DNA from: a virus | DNA length: 64,000 nt | Reading direction: 5' to 3' (one strand) | IMG/VR virus record: IMGVR_UViG_3300010885_064671 | Part shown: positions 27,517-36,776 of the stretch, piece by piece | Numbering within the stretch: position 1 is the stretch's first letter | How the letters are laid out: each line of letters starts with the position of its first letter | Translations under genes and position numbers: made by a program | The notes under the pieces: model-generated | Database searches by the model: none | Seen by the model: the letters and a program-made list of their open reading frames with translations, nothing else | Told to the model about the DNA's origin: nothing

Positions 27517-28982
27517 TAGTGAAAATCCTTTCCGCTAAGAAGATCATCCAATAATGAAGATGAAGACACGTAAGAATCATCAGTAACTGGATCATAGTCT
27601 TCGTATGTTTTTTTATAATCTACATATTTTACTAATGGCGGATCATATAAAAACGCTGAACCAGTAATTCTATTTTTTGGTATCTGTAGTTGCATTATGT
27701 TTTCGTCCTCGGTCTCATCATCTGTAGCTAATCTTTTTTCTGTAATGAATATTGTTACAGCGCACTTTTGCTGGATAGTTAAAGATCCACCAGTATCAGA
27801 CTGCTGAACTACTTCTCTTTTTTCTTTCATTCTGTTAGCATTTTCTTGTGCTGTTATTATTAGTGCACAATTCATATCTCTAGCAAGCTTTTCTAATCTA
27901 ACCATCATCTCTTCGAATTCACCCCAACGAGGCTTGCCCTTACCACCGCCCCTAGTAAACATGGATTGTATTGTATCTATGATAACAACATCCGGCATGT
28001 TAACATTGTGCCCTATTATATCTCTTAGCCAAAATTCCAGATCCTCAAAATAAGGAGTGTCTGGATCATGCCTAATCATTAAGCGATCCCCCCACTCTGT
28101 TAATTTATCTTTGAATTTTTTTAAATACTTTTCTCTTTCATCAGGAGACCACTTTGATGCTTCTAGATAAACATTCTTTTCTATAATCTGGGTCATGAGT
28201 ATTCGCTCCCAGTGCCCAGTAGCTTCTTCAAAATTTATATACAAAACTCTATAACCATTGTCTAACCAGTGATTAGAAAGACATTTAACAAACGTACTCT
28301 TGCCCTTACCCGATGCAGCTATCACGGCGTGTACTGCACCTCTAAAAAAACCGCCATTATCAGTGTATCCCATAGCTCTATTGAGAGCTTTAAATTGAGT
28401 TGGAATAAAATTTGGGATGTCTAATAAAGAATCTACTCTATCTATAATATCTAAAGCTGTTGTTAATTTATCTAATGGATTATATCTTATTTGGTTTTCT
28501 AATTCTCTAATCTCAGAAGTTAGTGTCTGTATTTTAGCAATATCTTCTTCAGTCTTCTGACCTTTTTGCGTTAGTATCAATTGCAATTCATGAAGGTAGT
28601 TTATCTGCTTTCGCTTATTAGCTTTGTGCTTTACTAGTTCTCCAACAGATTCTTTTGTTGACAACTCTAGACCCATCAAAAGATCTACCATTACATTTAT
28701 CCCAGGGTTACCACCTAAAGCATCATATATATCTGTATCTGTTTCTAGCCAAGATTTAAAAGCTATTGGATCTACTATATCTAATTGTGTTGCGCCATAA
28801 AAAGACAACAAGGCAACATAAAACTCATTTATACCCTTTTCTCCATGGATACTTCCAACAATATCTTCTGGCAAATTTTCATTAAAATACTCAATAGCGC
28901 CCTTCTCCCTAAGGGAGAGGGCAAATATTTGGTACTCTAAAGGAGTATTGTCTTTTATATTTTCATTTGTTTCTGTTGTCAT
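27516..28982 (-). CDS. DnaB-like replicative DNA helicase
   Basis: Walker A AASGKGKSTFV, Walker B-like VVIIDTIQSM, RecA-fold C-terminal half. Confidence 0.75.
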   Translation of the reverse strand: MTTETNENIKDNTPLEYQIFALSLREKGAIEYFNENLPEDIVGSIHGEKGINEFYVALLSFYGATQLDIVDPIAFKSWLETDTDIYDALGGNPGINVMVDLLMGLELSTKESVGELVKHKANKRKQINYLHELQLILTQKGQKTEEDIAKIQTLTSEIRELENQIRYNPLDKLTTALDIIDRVDSLLDIPNFIPTQFKALNRAMGYTDNGGFFRGAVHAVIAASGKGKSTFVKCLSNHWLDNGYRVLYINFEEATGHWERILMTQIIEKNVYLEASKWSPDEREKYLKKFKDKLTEWGDRLMIRHDPDTPYFEDLEFWLRDIIGHNVNMPDVVIIDTIQSMFTRGGGKGKPRWGEFEEMMVRLEKLARDMNCALIITAQENANRMKEKREVVQQSDTGGSLTIQQKCAVTIFITEKRLATDDETEDENIMQLQIPKNRITGSAFLYDPPLVKYVDYKKTYEDYDPVTDDSYVSSSSLLDDLLSGKDFH

Positions 28983-29613
28983 TACGTTTTTCTTTTATAG
29001 ACTTATACACATTTTTTCTATATTCTGAATTCTTTTTCTTTGCGATCTTGTATGCTGGAGTATCCGAAACTTTAATCTTGTCTTTACTCTTTGCCTTGTA
29101 GGGGCTTGTTCTTATGCACTCTAGTAACCTATCAAAAACAGATTGCTCTGTAAGACTATCATTATATCGGAACACAACTAGTGCTACTCCGTTATCCTTA
29201 CACCATTGCACTTTTTTTTCATCTCTTTTAATAGCCTCATCAAACTCATACTTTGAATCAAAAAACCTACTAGTGTAATAAAAGTGCTGTCTTCCGTGAT
29301 ACTCTGCAGCTATGGCGTACTTAGGGCAGTAAACATCTAGCTTTAATTTATCTCCTATATGAAATTCATTAACTATTTTTTCGCCCGGTAGCAGCTTCTG
29401 CAAACACGCAGTTAATGCTGTTTGACCCCTAGATATTTTTTTTCGACTATCCTTAAGCCAATTTAAACCTATGCTATTTATAATTTTATTAACTGCTGGC
29501 ACAGTCCAGCCTAGCTCTTTAGCTATGGCAGATATAGATAAAGATGTTTCTAGTAAAAGATCCCTAAGAAATTCAATATCATCTTGATCTTTGTTTTTAT
29601 GTTTCCCATGCAT
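28963..29613 (-). CDS. HTH + restriction-endonuclease-like nuclease (possible homing endonuclease)
   Basis: LSISAIAKELGWTVPAVNKIINS (HTH) and LDVYCPKYAIAAEYHGRQHF (D...E-x-H/K-like core). I chose the ATG at 29613 because the track's TTG at 29661 overlaps the upstream gene. Confidence 0.45.
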   Translation of the reverse strand: MHGKHKNKDQDDIEFLRDLLLETSLSISAIAKELGWTVPAVNKIINSIGLNWLKDSRKKISRGQTALTACLQKLLPGEKIVNEFHIGDKLKLDVYCPKYAIAAEYHGRQHFYYTSRFFDSKYEFDEAIKRDEKKVQWCKDNGVALVVFRYNDSLTEQSVFDRLLECIRTSPYKAKSKDKIKVSDTPAYKIAKKKNSEYRKNVYKSIKEKRNDNRNK

Positions 29614-29614
29614 C

Positions 29615-30244
29615 TCACCCTGCCACGCTATGAGTTCTTGAGTAACTAATAGTTTTACCAAGATCTATTATAGACATATCTAGTTTGTTCCAAATAGAAT
29701 TGCTGAGCGCAAGGCCAAGAGAAGAGCAATCCATAATACAGTACTCAACCTTACCCTCAAGGGCAGCTAATTTTTCAAATGTTTCATCTAACTTATTATG
29801 ATAATTATTAAAAGAAACATTTATAACATTTGTTTTAAAACCCATAAATTTATATATTGTTTTTTTATCATGAAAAGAAATAACTACACTATTTGTATTT
29901 TTTACATAGAATTCAAAGATAGCATCATATACTTCTTTATTATTTTCATAATAGTATTCAAATAAATTTGGAGTAAAAAATCTTCCGTCATCCACCATCC
30001 CTATACTGGAATGCTTTTTATTTACGATCTCATCTGCAAGAGCGTCTGGAACATTTTTAATAATTCTTTTATCGTTTAGATTAATAGAGCGTATAATCTC
30101 TTTGTTAAAAGAAGCTGGTATATTATTATCATTCTTCTTACTTAAGGAAACTATAGAAGCTTTTGCGATATTAAGAAAAGCGAACTTTTCTTTTCCATTC
30201 ATTAATTTAGTCAACTCAATAGATGCTTGTATTTGATTTTTCAT
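29615..30244 (-). CDS. Hypothetical protein
   Basis: 209-aa ORF with an ATG start, located next to a GT2 gene. Confidence 0.5.
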   Translation of the reverse strand: MKNQIQASIELTKLMNGKEKFAFLNIAKASIVSLSKKNDNNIPASFNKEIIRSINLNDKRIIKNVPDALADEIVNKKHSSIGMVDDGRFFTPNLFEYYYENNKEVYDAIFEFYVKNTNSVVISFHDKKTIYKFMGFKTNVINVSFNNYHNKLDETFEKLAALEGKVEYCIMDCSSLGLALSNSIWNKLDMSIIDLGKTISYSRTHSVAG

Positions 30245-30246
30245 TT

Positions 30247-30954
30247 TTAGATCCCGAAATTTCCCCAGTTTATTAAAACTGGATTTTCATCAACAATAGA
30301 ATTAATATGATCTAGATTGTGGTACTTGCCACCATCTAAATTCGAATATCTTTCGAACTTAGCCTTCTTATCTGCATCATGCAAGTAACCCAAGTGCTGC
30401 ATGACTAGGGTAGAATTAGGCCAATAGTTTCTTTGCCCATACCAATCAAGGACATAAGTGGGTTCAGCGCCACAGGCAAGGGCTCTATCCCTAAAGGTGC
30501 CGTTTGACATGTATCTAAATATTCTCGTACTATTATTTGGAGCCCACAACTTGTCTACTCTGTACTGCTCCTTATTCCACATGTGATAAAATCTAACATT
30601 AACTACATCTTTTTCTGAGGAATTCAAGATGCTTCTAATATCAATAGTATCTATATTGGTAGAGCTATACAGCATCTCATCACAGTCTATGGCTATTATC
30701 CAGTCACCCTCTGATGCATGGTTTTCAAGGTTCAACCAAGCGTACCTTCTCAGTCTGCCCTCGTGTATATTAAACATTTGTTTTGGGGTTTTATAAACAT
30801 GCGCAAAGTCTTTTGCTATTGAAGCGGTCTCGTCATCCGAACAGTCGTCAGTGAATACTATTTCGTCGACCTGTTCTTTTAGTCTATTTAAAACCTCGGG
30901 CAAAAATCTTGAGGCTTCATTTCTTCCTACCATTTGTGCTATTATTTTTTGCAT
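30247..30954 (-). CDS. Glycosyltransferase family 2
   Basis: VGRNEASRFLPEVLNRLKEQVDEIVFTDDCSDDET and IIAIDCDEML (DxD). Confidence 0.7.
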   Translation of the reverse strand: MQKIIAQMVGRNEASRFLPEVLNRLKEQVDEIVFTDDCSDDETASIAKDFAHVYKTPKQMFNIHEGRLRRYAWLNLENHASEGDWIIAIDCDEMLYSSTNIDTIDIRSILNSSEKDVVNVRFYHMWNKEQYRVDKLWAPNNSTRIFRYMSNGTFRDRALACGAEPTYVLDWYGQRNYWPNSTLVMQHLGYLHDADKKAKFERYSNLDGGKYHNLDHINSIVDENPVLINWGNFGI

Positions 30955-30980
30955 TATATACTTCCAGATTTAAATAATAA

Positions 30981-31005
30981 GGGCAACGGAATAAACCCGT
31001 TGCCC
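30981..31005 (-). terminator. Stem-loop terminator candidate
   Basis: 9-bp stem gggcaacgg/ccgttgccc with a 7-nt loop. A T-rich tract follows on the minus strand, downstream of the stop of 31022..31216. Confidence 0.5.
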
Positions 31006-31021
31006 TTAAATTGAATAAAAT

Positions 31022-31216
31022 TTATCCTTCGATTTGCTCACGAGCCTTTATGGCTGTGATTCTTTCTACATCTACATCTTTAAAAATTAATTCACCAGCA
31101 ACACCGGCTACCTTACGGCGACTGCCACTAGCAATTTTTTCTGCTTCTGTCTTATTCGCTGCCTTAACAATTGATGTAGTTGTAACTGTAAAGTATTTGA
31201 ATTTATTTTCTGCCAT
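31022..31216 (-). CDS. Hypothetical small protein
   Basis: 64-aa ORF followed by a stem-loop. Confidence 0.45.
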   Translation of the reverse strand: MAENKFKYFTVTTTSIVKAANKTEAEKIASGSRRKVAGVAGELIFKDVDVERITAIKAREQIEG

Positions 31217-31230
31217 TTTTTTTCCTTTGT

Positions 31231-31641
31231 TTACTTACTTGATGGATATGTATTGCATATATATTCTACAGCATCTCCTAAGGATAATGCAACCTTAGTG
31301 GATAAAAAATTTAGATAAACTCTATTTAAATAACTTTTATCTGCAAAAGTTACCACAGGTTGGTTATTCATATACGCCCAAGTCATTTCAAAATCAGTTC
31401 CTATATAAGCCCTATTGGGTATCGTATACTCTACCAAAATTATATCGCAGCTTTTTTGCAAAAACATATTTTTACTTACAATTTCTTTTGGTTCGCACCC
31501 TTGTTCCTCTAGAGCATAATCCATAGGATTAACTGCTTGGAAACCTCTATCGGCTAACAGTTTTACGGCTTCATTTCTCCAGCCATGTGCAAATATACCG
31601 ACCTCTTCTATTGCTCCAGATAAAAATACTTTAGTTTGCAT
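31231..31641 (-). CDS. Nucleoside 2-deoxyribosyltransferase-like protein
   Basis: KVFLSGAIE...WRNEAVKLLADRGFQAVNP...CDIILVEY...GTDFEMTWAY..PVV matches the family pattern. Confidence 0.6.
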   Translation of the reverse strand: MQTKVFLSGAIEEVGIFAHGWRNEAVKLLADRGFQAVNPMDYALEEQGCEPKEIVSKNMFLQKSCDIILVEYTIPNRAYIGTDFEMTWAYMNNQPVVTFADKSYLNRVYLNFLSTKVALSLGDAVEYICNTYPSSK

Positions 31642-32056
31642 TAGATACTTCCTTTCCTGGCCAGTAATATTCTAAATTAGATGGTTCGTCAAAATACTCT
31701 GAATAGTATTCATAATCTTTACGGAGTAAATTAGATCTATGTGAACGGTGGAATTTATCTAGACCAAACCATGGTGGCATAACTACTTCTTCTAGATTAA
31801 AATCTTCAAAAAGCATTGTGTTTTTATAGCCTCTGCTAATCCACTCTTGGATGGTGTAGTTTTGATATAACTGTAAGGCTAGTTCATAACCGGTCCACAT
31901 AACCGTAACCGGATGATTGCGCCAACCTTTTGTTGGTGTACGACCAAGCAAGATGTTCAGAACTTGGAAAGTTTCTACTCGTTGCTTTCCAAGTCTACGA
32001 TAATCTAATACCCGAACTGATTCTTTAAGATCTGCGTATGGTAAGAATGTTTGCAT
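31631..32056 (-). CDS. Conserved 'MQTFLPY...RLGKQRVE' family protein (pyrimidine-dimer-glycosylase-like annotation family)
   Basis: MQTFLPYADLKESVRVLDYRRLGKQRVETFQVLNIL...WRNHPVTVMW. It contains the only in-frame CGG (32014..32012) that must be read in the 0 frame. Confidence 0.55.
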   Translation of the reverse strand: MQTFLPYADLKESVRVLDYRRLGKQRVETFQVLNILLGRTPTKGWRNHPVTVMWTGYELALQLYQNYTIQEWISRGYKNTMLFEDFNLEEVVMPPWFGLDKFHRSHRSNLLRKDYEYYSEYFDEPSNLEYYWPGKEVSNAN

Positions 32057-32457
32057 TATGCCTTCTTAAATTCCTCAAAAGTTTTGTCACCTACACCAAA
32101 GTATTCTCTAGCTAATCCAGCCTTAACAATCTCCGTGTTAAGACATTCGCCAGCTTCGTTCCATACTCTAGCTAGAATTCTACCATACTTCTCATTCTTA
32201 TCAAGAATTGTTTCAATCTTAACTTTATGATTAGCTTTAGTTAGCCATTGATCTGTAAATTCTTTTGCGGCCAATCCCATTTTCTTTTCTTCAAGATTAG
32301 TTGTACGGCTCTCTGGAGTGTTAACACCATAGAGTCTGACGCTCTTAGGTCCAAACTTAACTTCAAAACCAAGATCAACAACGACCTTAAAAGTATCTCC
32401 GTCTACTACCTTAACTACTTCTGCATTATATAAGTAAACATTAAATTGATCTGACAT
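32056..32457 (-). CDS. Thermonuclease (staphylococcal nuclease, SNase-like)
   Basis: VVKVVDGDTFKV...VRLYGVNTPE...YGRILARV. Confidence 0.8.
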   Translation of the reverse strand: MSDQFNVYLYNAEVVKVVDGDTFKVVVDLGFEVKFGPKSVRLYGVNTPESRTTNLEEKKMGLAAKEFTDQWLTKANHKVKIETILDKNEKYGRILARVWNEAGECLNTEIVKAGLAREYFGVGDKTFEEFKKA

Positions 32458-32458
32458 T

Positions 32459-33262
32459 TTAATCTCTTTCTATTCCTATGTAATCGCAGGCTTTGCGAAA
32501 TATTGATTGACTTACTTTGAATTGGGCATCGGCGTGACTGTAGCCCTCTCCTGGTTTTGGAGATGAAGCGTGCCAACTGTGACCAATCGATACACTACCA
32601 TCATATACTACATTATAGCCTAAGTGACGAGCAAAGTACGAACACCAAGTCTCCTCGTAATAATGAGGTGTTGGTAGGAAGGCTCCTACTGCCTCGGGGT
32701 ACATCTTTCTATACCCTTCATCATTGGTTAATGCATCCCAGATTGATCTCCTAATAAAATAAGCGGATCCAGAAATCGTAACACAGTTAACTCTATCCCT
32801 ATAGAGTATATCTTCGGGATCATTCTCATTCCAGCCTCTATGCTTAGGAGCTGTATTAGTACCAACTATACCAGCATGTTTTATGTTACCATATTCATCT
32901 CTTTGCTTTGGCCCAAGAATATGCACATCTGGTTCTTGATTAAAAATTTGACATATTTTCTTGATGTCTTCGTTGGTGAACCATACATCCGCATTTAAAA
33001 TTCCTATTACACTGTTGTCCCCTCTAGAAGCTAGCTTGTTAATTGCAGCGGAGTAACCAATGTTTTTATTTAGATCTATTCTATCTATTTGATATCTCTT
33101 ATCATTTTCTCTAAGCCATTCAACGGTATCATCTGCTGAATCATTATCCGCAATGTATAGGTTCCAAAATTTATTTTCAGGACTAACCTCCGCGTGCAAA
33201 GTATCCAGTAGTCTTTGAAGCAACGGTCTAGTGTTATAGTTTACTACACATAAATCTATCAT
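32459..33262 (-). CDS. Glycosyltransferase family 2
   Basis: IDLCVVNYNTRPLLQRLLDTL...IADNDSADDTVEWL. Confidence 0.75.
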   Translation of the reverse strand: MIDLCVVNYNTRPLLQRLLDTLHAEVSPENKFWNLYIADNDSADDTVEWLRENDKRYQIDRIDLNKNIGYSAAINKLASRGDNSVIGILNADVWFTNEDIKKICQIFNQEPDVHILGPKQRDEYGNIKHAGIVGTNTAPKHRGWNENDPEDILYRDRVNCVTISGSAYFIRRSIWDALTNDEGYRKMYPEAVGAFLPTPHYYEETWCSYFARHLGYNVVYDGSVSIGHSWHASSPKPGEGYSHADAQFKVSQSIFRKACDYIGIERD

Positions 33263-33263
33263 C

Positions 33264-33524
33264 TTAAAATTTTTCTATATTTGAGGCCAGGATAACCATC
33301 GAAAAAGCATCGTCTGAATTTACTCCATGGTTGATGTATTCACACATCTCTTTCATTCTTGCATCTATATCTTCCTGCAAATAAAATTCGCTCAACCTAT
33401 TCCTATATTGAGAAAGGGATGCGTAATTAGGCAAGCGTGTTATATCTTCTCTTTTAAAAAGATATGAAATTAATCCTACAATAGCAACTCCGTAAAAAAT
33501 ATTATTCTTATTAAGAATTTTCAT
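33264..33524 (-). CDS. Hypothetical protein (N-terminal TM segment)
   Basis: 86-aa ORF containing IFYGVAIVGLISYLF. Confidence 0.45.
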   Translation of the reverse strand: MKILNKNNIFYGVAIVGLISYLFKREDITRLPNYASLSQYRNRLSEFYLQEDIDARMKEMCEYINHGVNSDDAFSMVILASNIEKF

Positions 33525-33778
33525 ACTACCTTCTTTTTTCTACCAGGCTTAACTTGTATAGTATCATTTACGTCTAGGTTATCTGGTAACTCTTCCTTAT
33601 ACTTGTATAAACAAATATTATCTGAATCTGGTTCAAAAGTTACAAAGAATATATTTTTATCAGCTTCTGTTAATCCTTCAGGTGGAGGAGACTCTAAAGC
33701 TATTTTGGGGTTAGATGATCCATAAACTTGGCTATGGTTTTTATATACAACAATATAATTCAGTTTAGATGCAGGCAT
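33521..33778 (-). CDS. Hypothetical protein
   Basis: 85-aa ORF with an ATGA junction. Confidence 0.45.
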   Translation of the reverse strand: MPASKLNYIVVYKNHSQVYGSSNPKIALESPPPEGLTEADKNIFFVTFEPDSDNICLYKYKEELPDNLDVNDTIQVKPGRKKKVV

Positions 33779-33779
33779 A

Positions 33780-33950
33780 CTATAACCCCAGTAGGATTGC
33801 GTATCCAGCTATAAATGCTGTTACTACAGCAATTGCAACTGCAATAAGTTTTATATTTTTACTCTGAGATACTTGGTTAAGCATCTGCATACTGATACAC
33901 CAATTCATCAAGATAGAAAATACTAGGGCTAAAATTACATTTTTAAACAT
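33780..33950 (-). CDS. Small two-TM membrane protein (56 aa, below the track cutoff)
   Basis: MFKNVILALVFSILMNWCISMQ...IKLIAVAIAVVTAFIAGYAILLGL. Its ATG overlaps the thyX stop region. Confidence 0.35.
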   Translation of the reverse strand: MFKNVILALVFSILMNWCISMQMLNQVSQSKNIKLIAVAIAVVTAFIAGYAILLGL

Positions 33951-34647
33951 TTGCTTGACCGACCAAACTTCCTATGCTTATTGGAAAACGAGGCTCTATT
34001 AAATTCATGACAGCTCTAGCATAATCTCTTATTTCTAACTGAGCATCATCGCTAAGTCTTTGATTTAAGAATAACGCTATAGATTGTAAACTGCAAGTCC
34101 ATCTGTAGGACACATACATACCATAGGCTGGCAGAAATAGTCTAGCTTGTTCTGGAGCGACTTCATTTGACATAGCCATATTATACAAAGCCTCGCCTTG
34201 CTCGATGTATCTTATGAGCTCATCAGTTAAAACAGCACCGGTCCAAGGCCCTATCGGACCACCAGATCCTTGCTTTTTGTTATCTGGTGCAAGGCGCCAA
34301 TCTTCAGAACTAGGTACATAAAATTCAGGCTCCATAGTGATGTATCTTCTTGATGATTCATTCCAAGAATCCATAGTATGGTCTGAACCCACTACATATT
34401 TCCAGTGTTGGCGAGCAACAAGAAGCGGTGCTTTAAACTCAAATGTTGCACAAGCATGTCTAAAAGGAGACATATGATTTTCCCTAATCAAAAAATCAAT
34501 TAAATGAACATCTTTTTTAGATAGCTCTTTAGATTCTTTGCTAAAGGAAACTCTAGCGGCGTTTACAATAGATAGATCACTACCCATAACGTCAACCAGT
34601 CTTACATAACCCTTATCTAAAACTGAAACTATGTTATCTGTATCCAT
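33943..34647 (-). CDS. thyX: FAD-dependent thymidylate synthase ThyX
   Basis: GYVRLVDVMGSDLSIVNAARVSF...HMSPFRHACATFEFKAP...ARQHWKY...ESSRRY. Confidence 0.85.
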   Translation of the reverse strand: MDTDNIVSVLDKGYVRLVDVMGSDLSIVNAARVSFSKESKELSKKDVHLIDFLIRENHMSPFRHACATFEFKAPLLVARQHWKYVVGSDHTMDSWNESSRRYITMEPEFYVPSSEDWRLAPDNKKQGSGGPIGPWTGAVLTDELIRYIEQGEALYNMAMSNEVAPEQARLFLPAYGMYVSYRWTCSLQSIALFLNQRLSDDAQLEIRDYARAVMNLIEPRFPISIGSLVGQANV

Positions 34648-34671
34648 GCTTATATTATACCATCAAGAATT

Positions 34672-36768
34672 CTATTTAGTGTTATCCTTTATGAATTTAA
34701 TTTCGCATGAATCAGTAGTGCAATATCTTTCGCCTATCGCGTCAAAAGCCATGCCAGCATAAACTCCAGAAAGATCTATTGGGAATAATTTAGCTACATT
34801 ATCCTTGTATTCACTCTCTGTTATTTGAGTGTACGGCATTTGTGGATAGGTCTTGTTCCCGCTAGGTAGGAAAGATACAGTTTTTAACTGACCATCGAAC
34901 ATGTGCAGAACAGTTTCTACGTGTTCAGATTCTTTCTCTACATCAAAAGATATAGTAACTGAAACTGAATTATCAGACCAATAGCGTTGGGCAGTTGCCG
35001 CTAAAGACATTTTTTCAAAAATAGTTACATCACGCTCAGCCCTATTTGCTTCAGACATTATTGGAAAGAAAACTACAGAAGTAGTGTCTGGTGATTCTGA
35101 CGCCGGCTCCACTAAATAATTAGCCATACGGAATAGTGGGAGCATCGGATCTTCATTTGCAAAACGTATAGAACGCATAAAGTATTTTCCGCCTGGAGTC
35201 CAATGAACACCTGGAGATTCACCAGCCAATATAGATACTGTGCCAGAAGGTTTAATTGTTGTCATCTTTATTGATTCACGTATGCCTAACCACTCTGAAT
35301 AAATACGATCATAATTCTTTATAATATTATAACCCGTATCCATCCAGTCTCTTAAGGCGGGCAGTCCTCTAGTGTCAGCAAAATTAGCTACACCAGACAT
35401 AGATGCACCTATTCTACGGTTACGCTGCATTATCGCGTTTGTCTCTTCCCAGTGTGTAGGAAGTAGTGTAACTGTCTTAGCATAAAGATACGCAAACTTT
35501 AGAGTGCGCTTATAGTCCTCTAGGTTGTCATGTCTATTAAGATAGGTCTCCACAAGCGTACAGCACTCGTAGGACTCGAGAGATTGCTCTGCGCATGGAT
35601 TATAACCTGCTACTCGCCAATCCTTGTTATCTGGTGGGTCAGCTAGGCGACCATACTTTCTGGATAGATCCATCCACAATACACCTGGCTCACCATTGCG
35701 CACAATGCCATCAACAATTTTACTTAAATCACTTCCGACTTTAGTCTCAACAGAATTGTTTGACATCCAACCCCACCCTGGAGAATTAGGGTCATATGAA
35801 TTTCTTTCCGGAAATTTATCTGCGTTCTTAAGGTTTAGAAAATCATCGTCATCTATACTTCCGATTAATAACTCTGCTGATCTTCTTACATTGCCGGATA
35901 CCACACATACACCTATTAGATTCCCTATATCGGCTATGTCTAGCTTCGTTAATTTATCACCTTTTCGCTCATCAAACATTCTTCTAATATAGATATGCAA
36001 TTTCTCCAATGGTTCATGCCCAGCAGCTACTCCACCAAATGTTTTAATCGGCGTTCCAGCTGGTCTGATCTGAGAATAGTCAAACTCATAACTTGGTTGA
36101 TTTTCTTTTAAATACGCATTCAGAAGTAGCGACAAGGATTCAACCCAGCCCTCACGAGTGTCTGGAACTACATGAGTCACTTTTTCTTTTGGCTGATAAA
36201 TTATAAAATCTTTATTAGCACCTTTGTCATCAAATCCAACGCCAACGCCAAGCATTGACGCCTCCATTAAAAATGCAAATGGTTTTGCTGGATTAAACTT
36301 ATTCATTTCTGATGTAGAAACAAAGGCGCAATTTTGTAGAGCAGCTGAATTCTTTTGTATATTAACTATATTAGTACCCATAGCCCATAGGCCTCTACCT
36401 GGTGGAGTCCACTTCAAATTAAACAATCTATCAAATGCTTCTTTAGCTGAAGCTTGTCCCTTAGCATCGTTCCAGGGAAGTCGGCTCGTTTTACAGTGAT
36501 CTTTTTGCAAAGAATACATTCCGTTGATTACTCTCTCACAAACATCAACCCAAGTTTCTTTCGTCCCATCTTCCTTGAGGCGTGAGTATGTGCGCAAGAA
36601 AGTTATTTCACCCACAGAATTTCCACCAGCATCCTTGTAGCCAAATGGTGGCTTCTTATCCTTATAGCTAGCTACAAAATCATCTGTTAATTTAAACATA
36701 AACATTGATGGTATTTTGCTTGCCATAGGAACAAGATCTGGATTGCCGTTTTCTATTTCTTCTGACAC
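34672..36768 (-). CDS. nrdJ: Ribonucleotide reductase, class II (adenosylcobalamin-dependent)-like
   Basis: 698 aa. Active-site loop NPCAEQSLESYECCTL, with LQNCAF upstream. Confidence 0.75.
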   Translation of the reverse strand: MSEEIENGNPDLVPMASKIPSMFMFKLTDDFVASYKDKKPPFGYKDAGGNSVGEITFLRTYSRLKEDGTKETWVDVCERVINGMYSLQKDHCKTSRLPWNDAKGQASAKEAFDRLFNLKWTPPGRGLWAMGTNIVNIQKNSAALQNCAFVSTSEMNKFNPAKPFAFLMEASMLGVGVGFDDKGANKDFIIYQPKEKVTHVVPDTREGWVESLSLLLNAYLKENQPSYEFDYSQIRPAGTPIKTFGGVAAGHEPLEKLHIYIRRMFDERKGDKLTKLDIADIGNLIGVCVVSGNVRRSAELLIGSIDDDDFLNLKNADKFPERNSYDPNSPGWGWMSNNSVETKVGSDLSKIVDGIVRNGEPGVLWMDLSRKYGRLADPPDNKDWRVAGYNPCAEQSLESYECCTLVETYLNRHDNLEDYKRTLKFAYLYAKTVTLLPTHWEETNAIMQRNRRIGASMSGVANFADTRGLPALRDWMDTGYNIIKNYDRIYSEWLGIRESIKMTTIKPSGTVSILAGESPGVHWTPGGKYFMRSIRFANEDPMLPLFRMANYLVEPASESPDTTSVVFFPIMSEANRAERDVTIFEKMSLAATAQRYWSDNSVSVTISFDVEKESEHVETVLHMFDGQLKTVSFLPSGNKTYPQMPYTQITESEYKDNVAKLFPIDLSGVYAGMAFDAIGERYCTTDSCEIKFIKDNTK

Positions 36769-36776
36769 TTTTTCTC

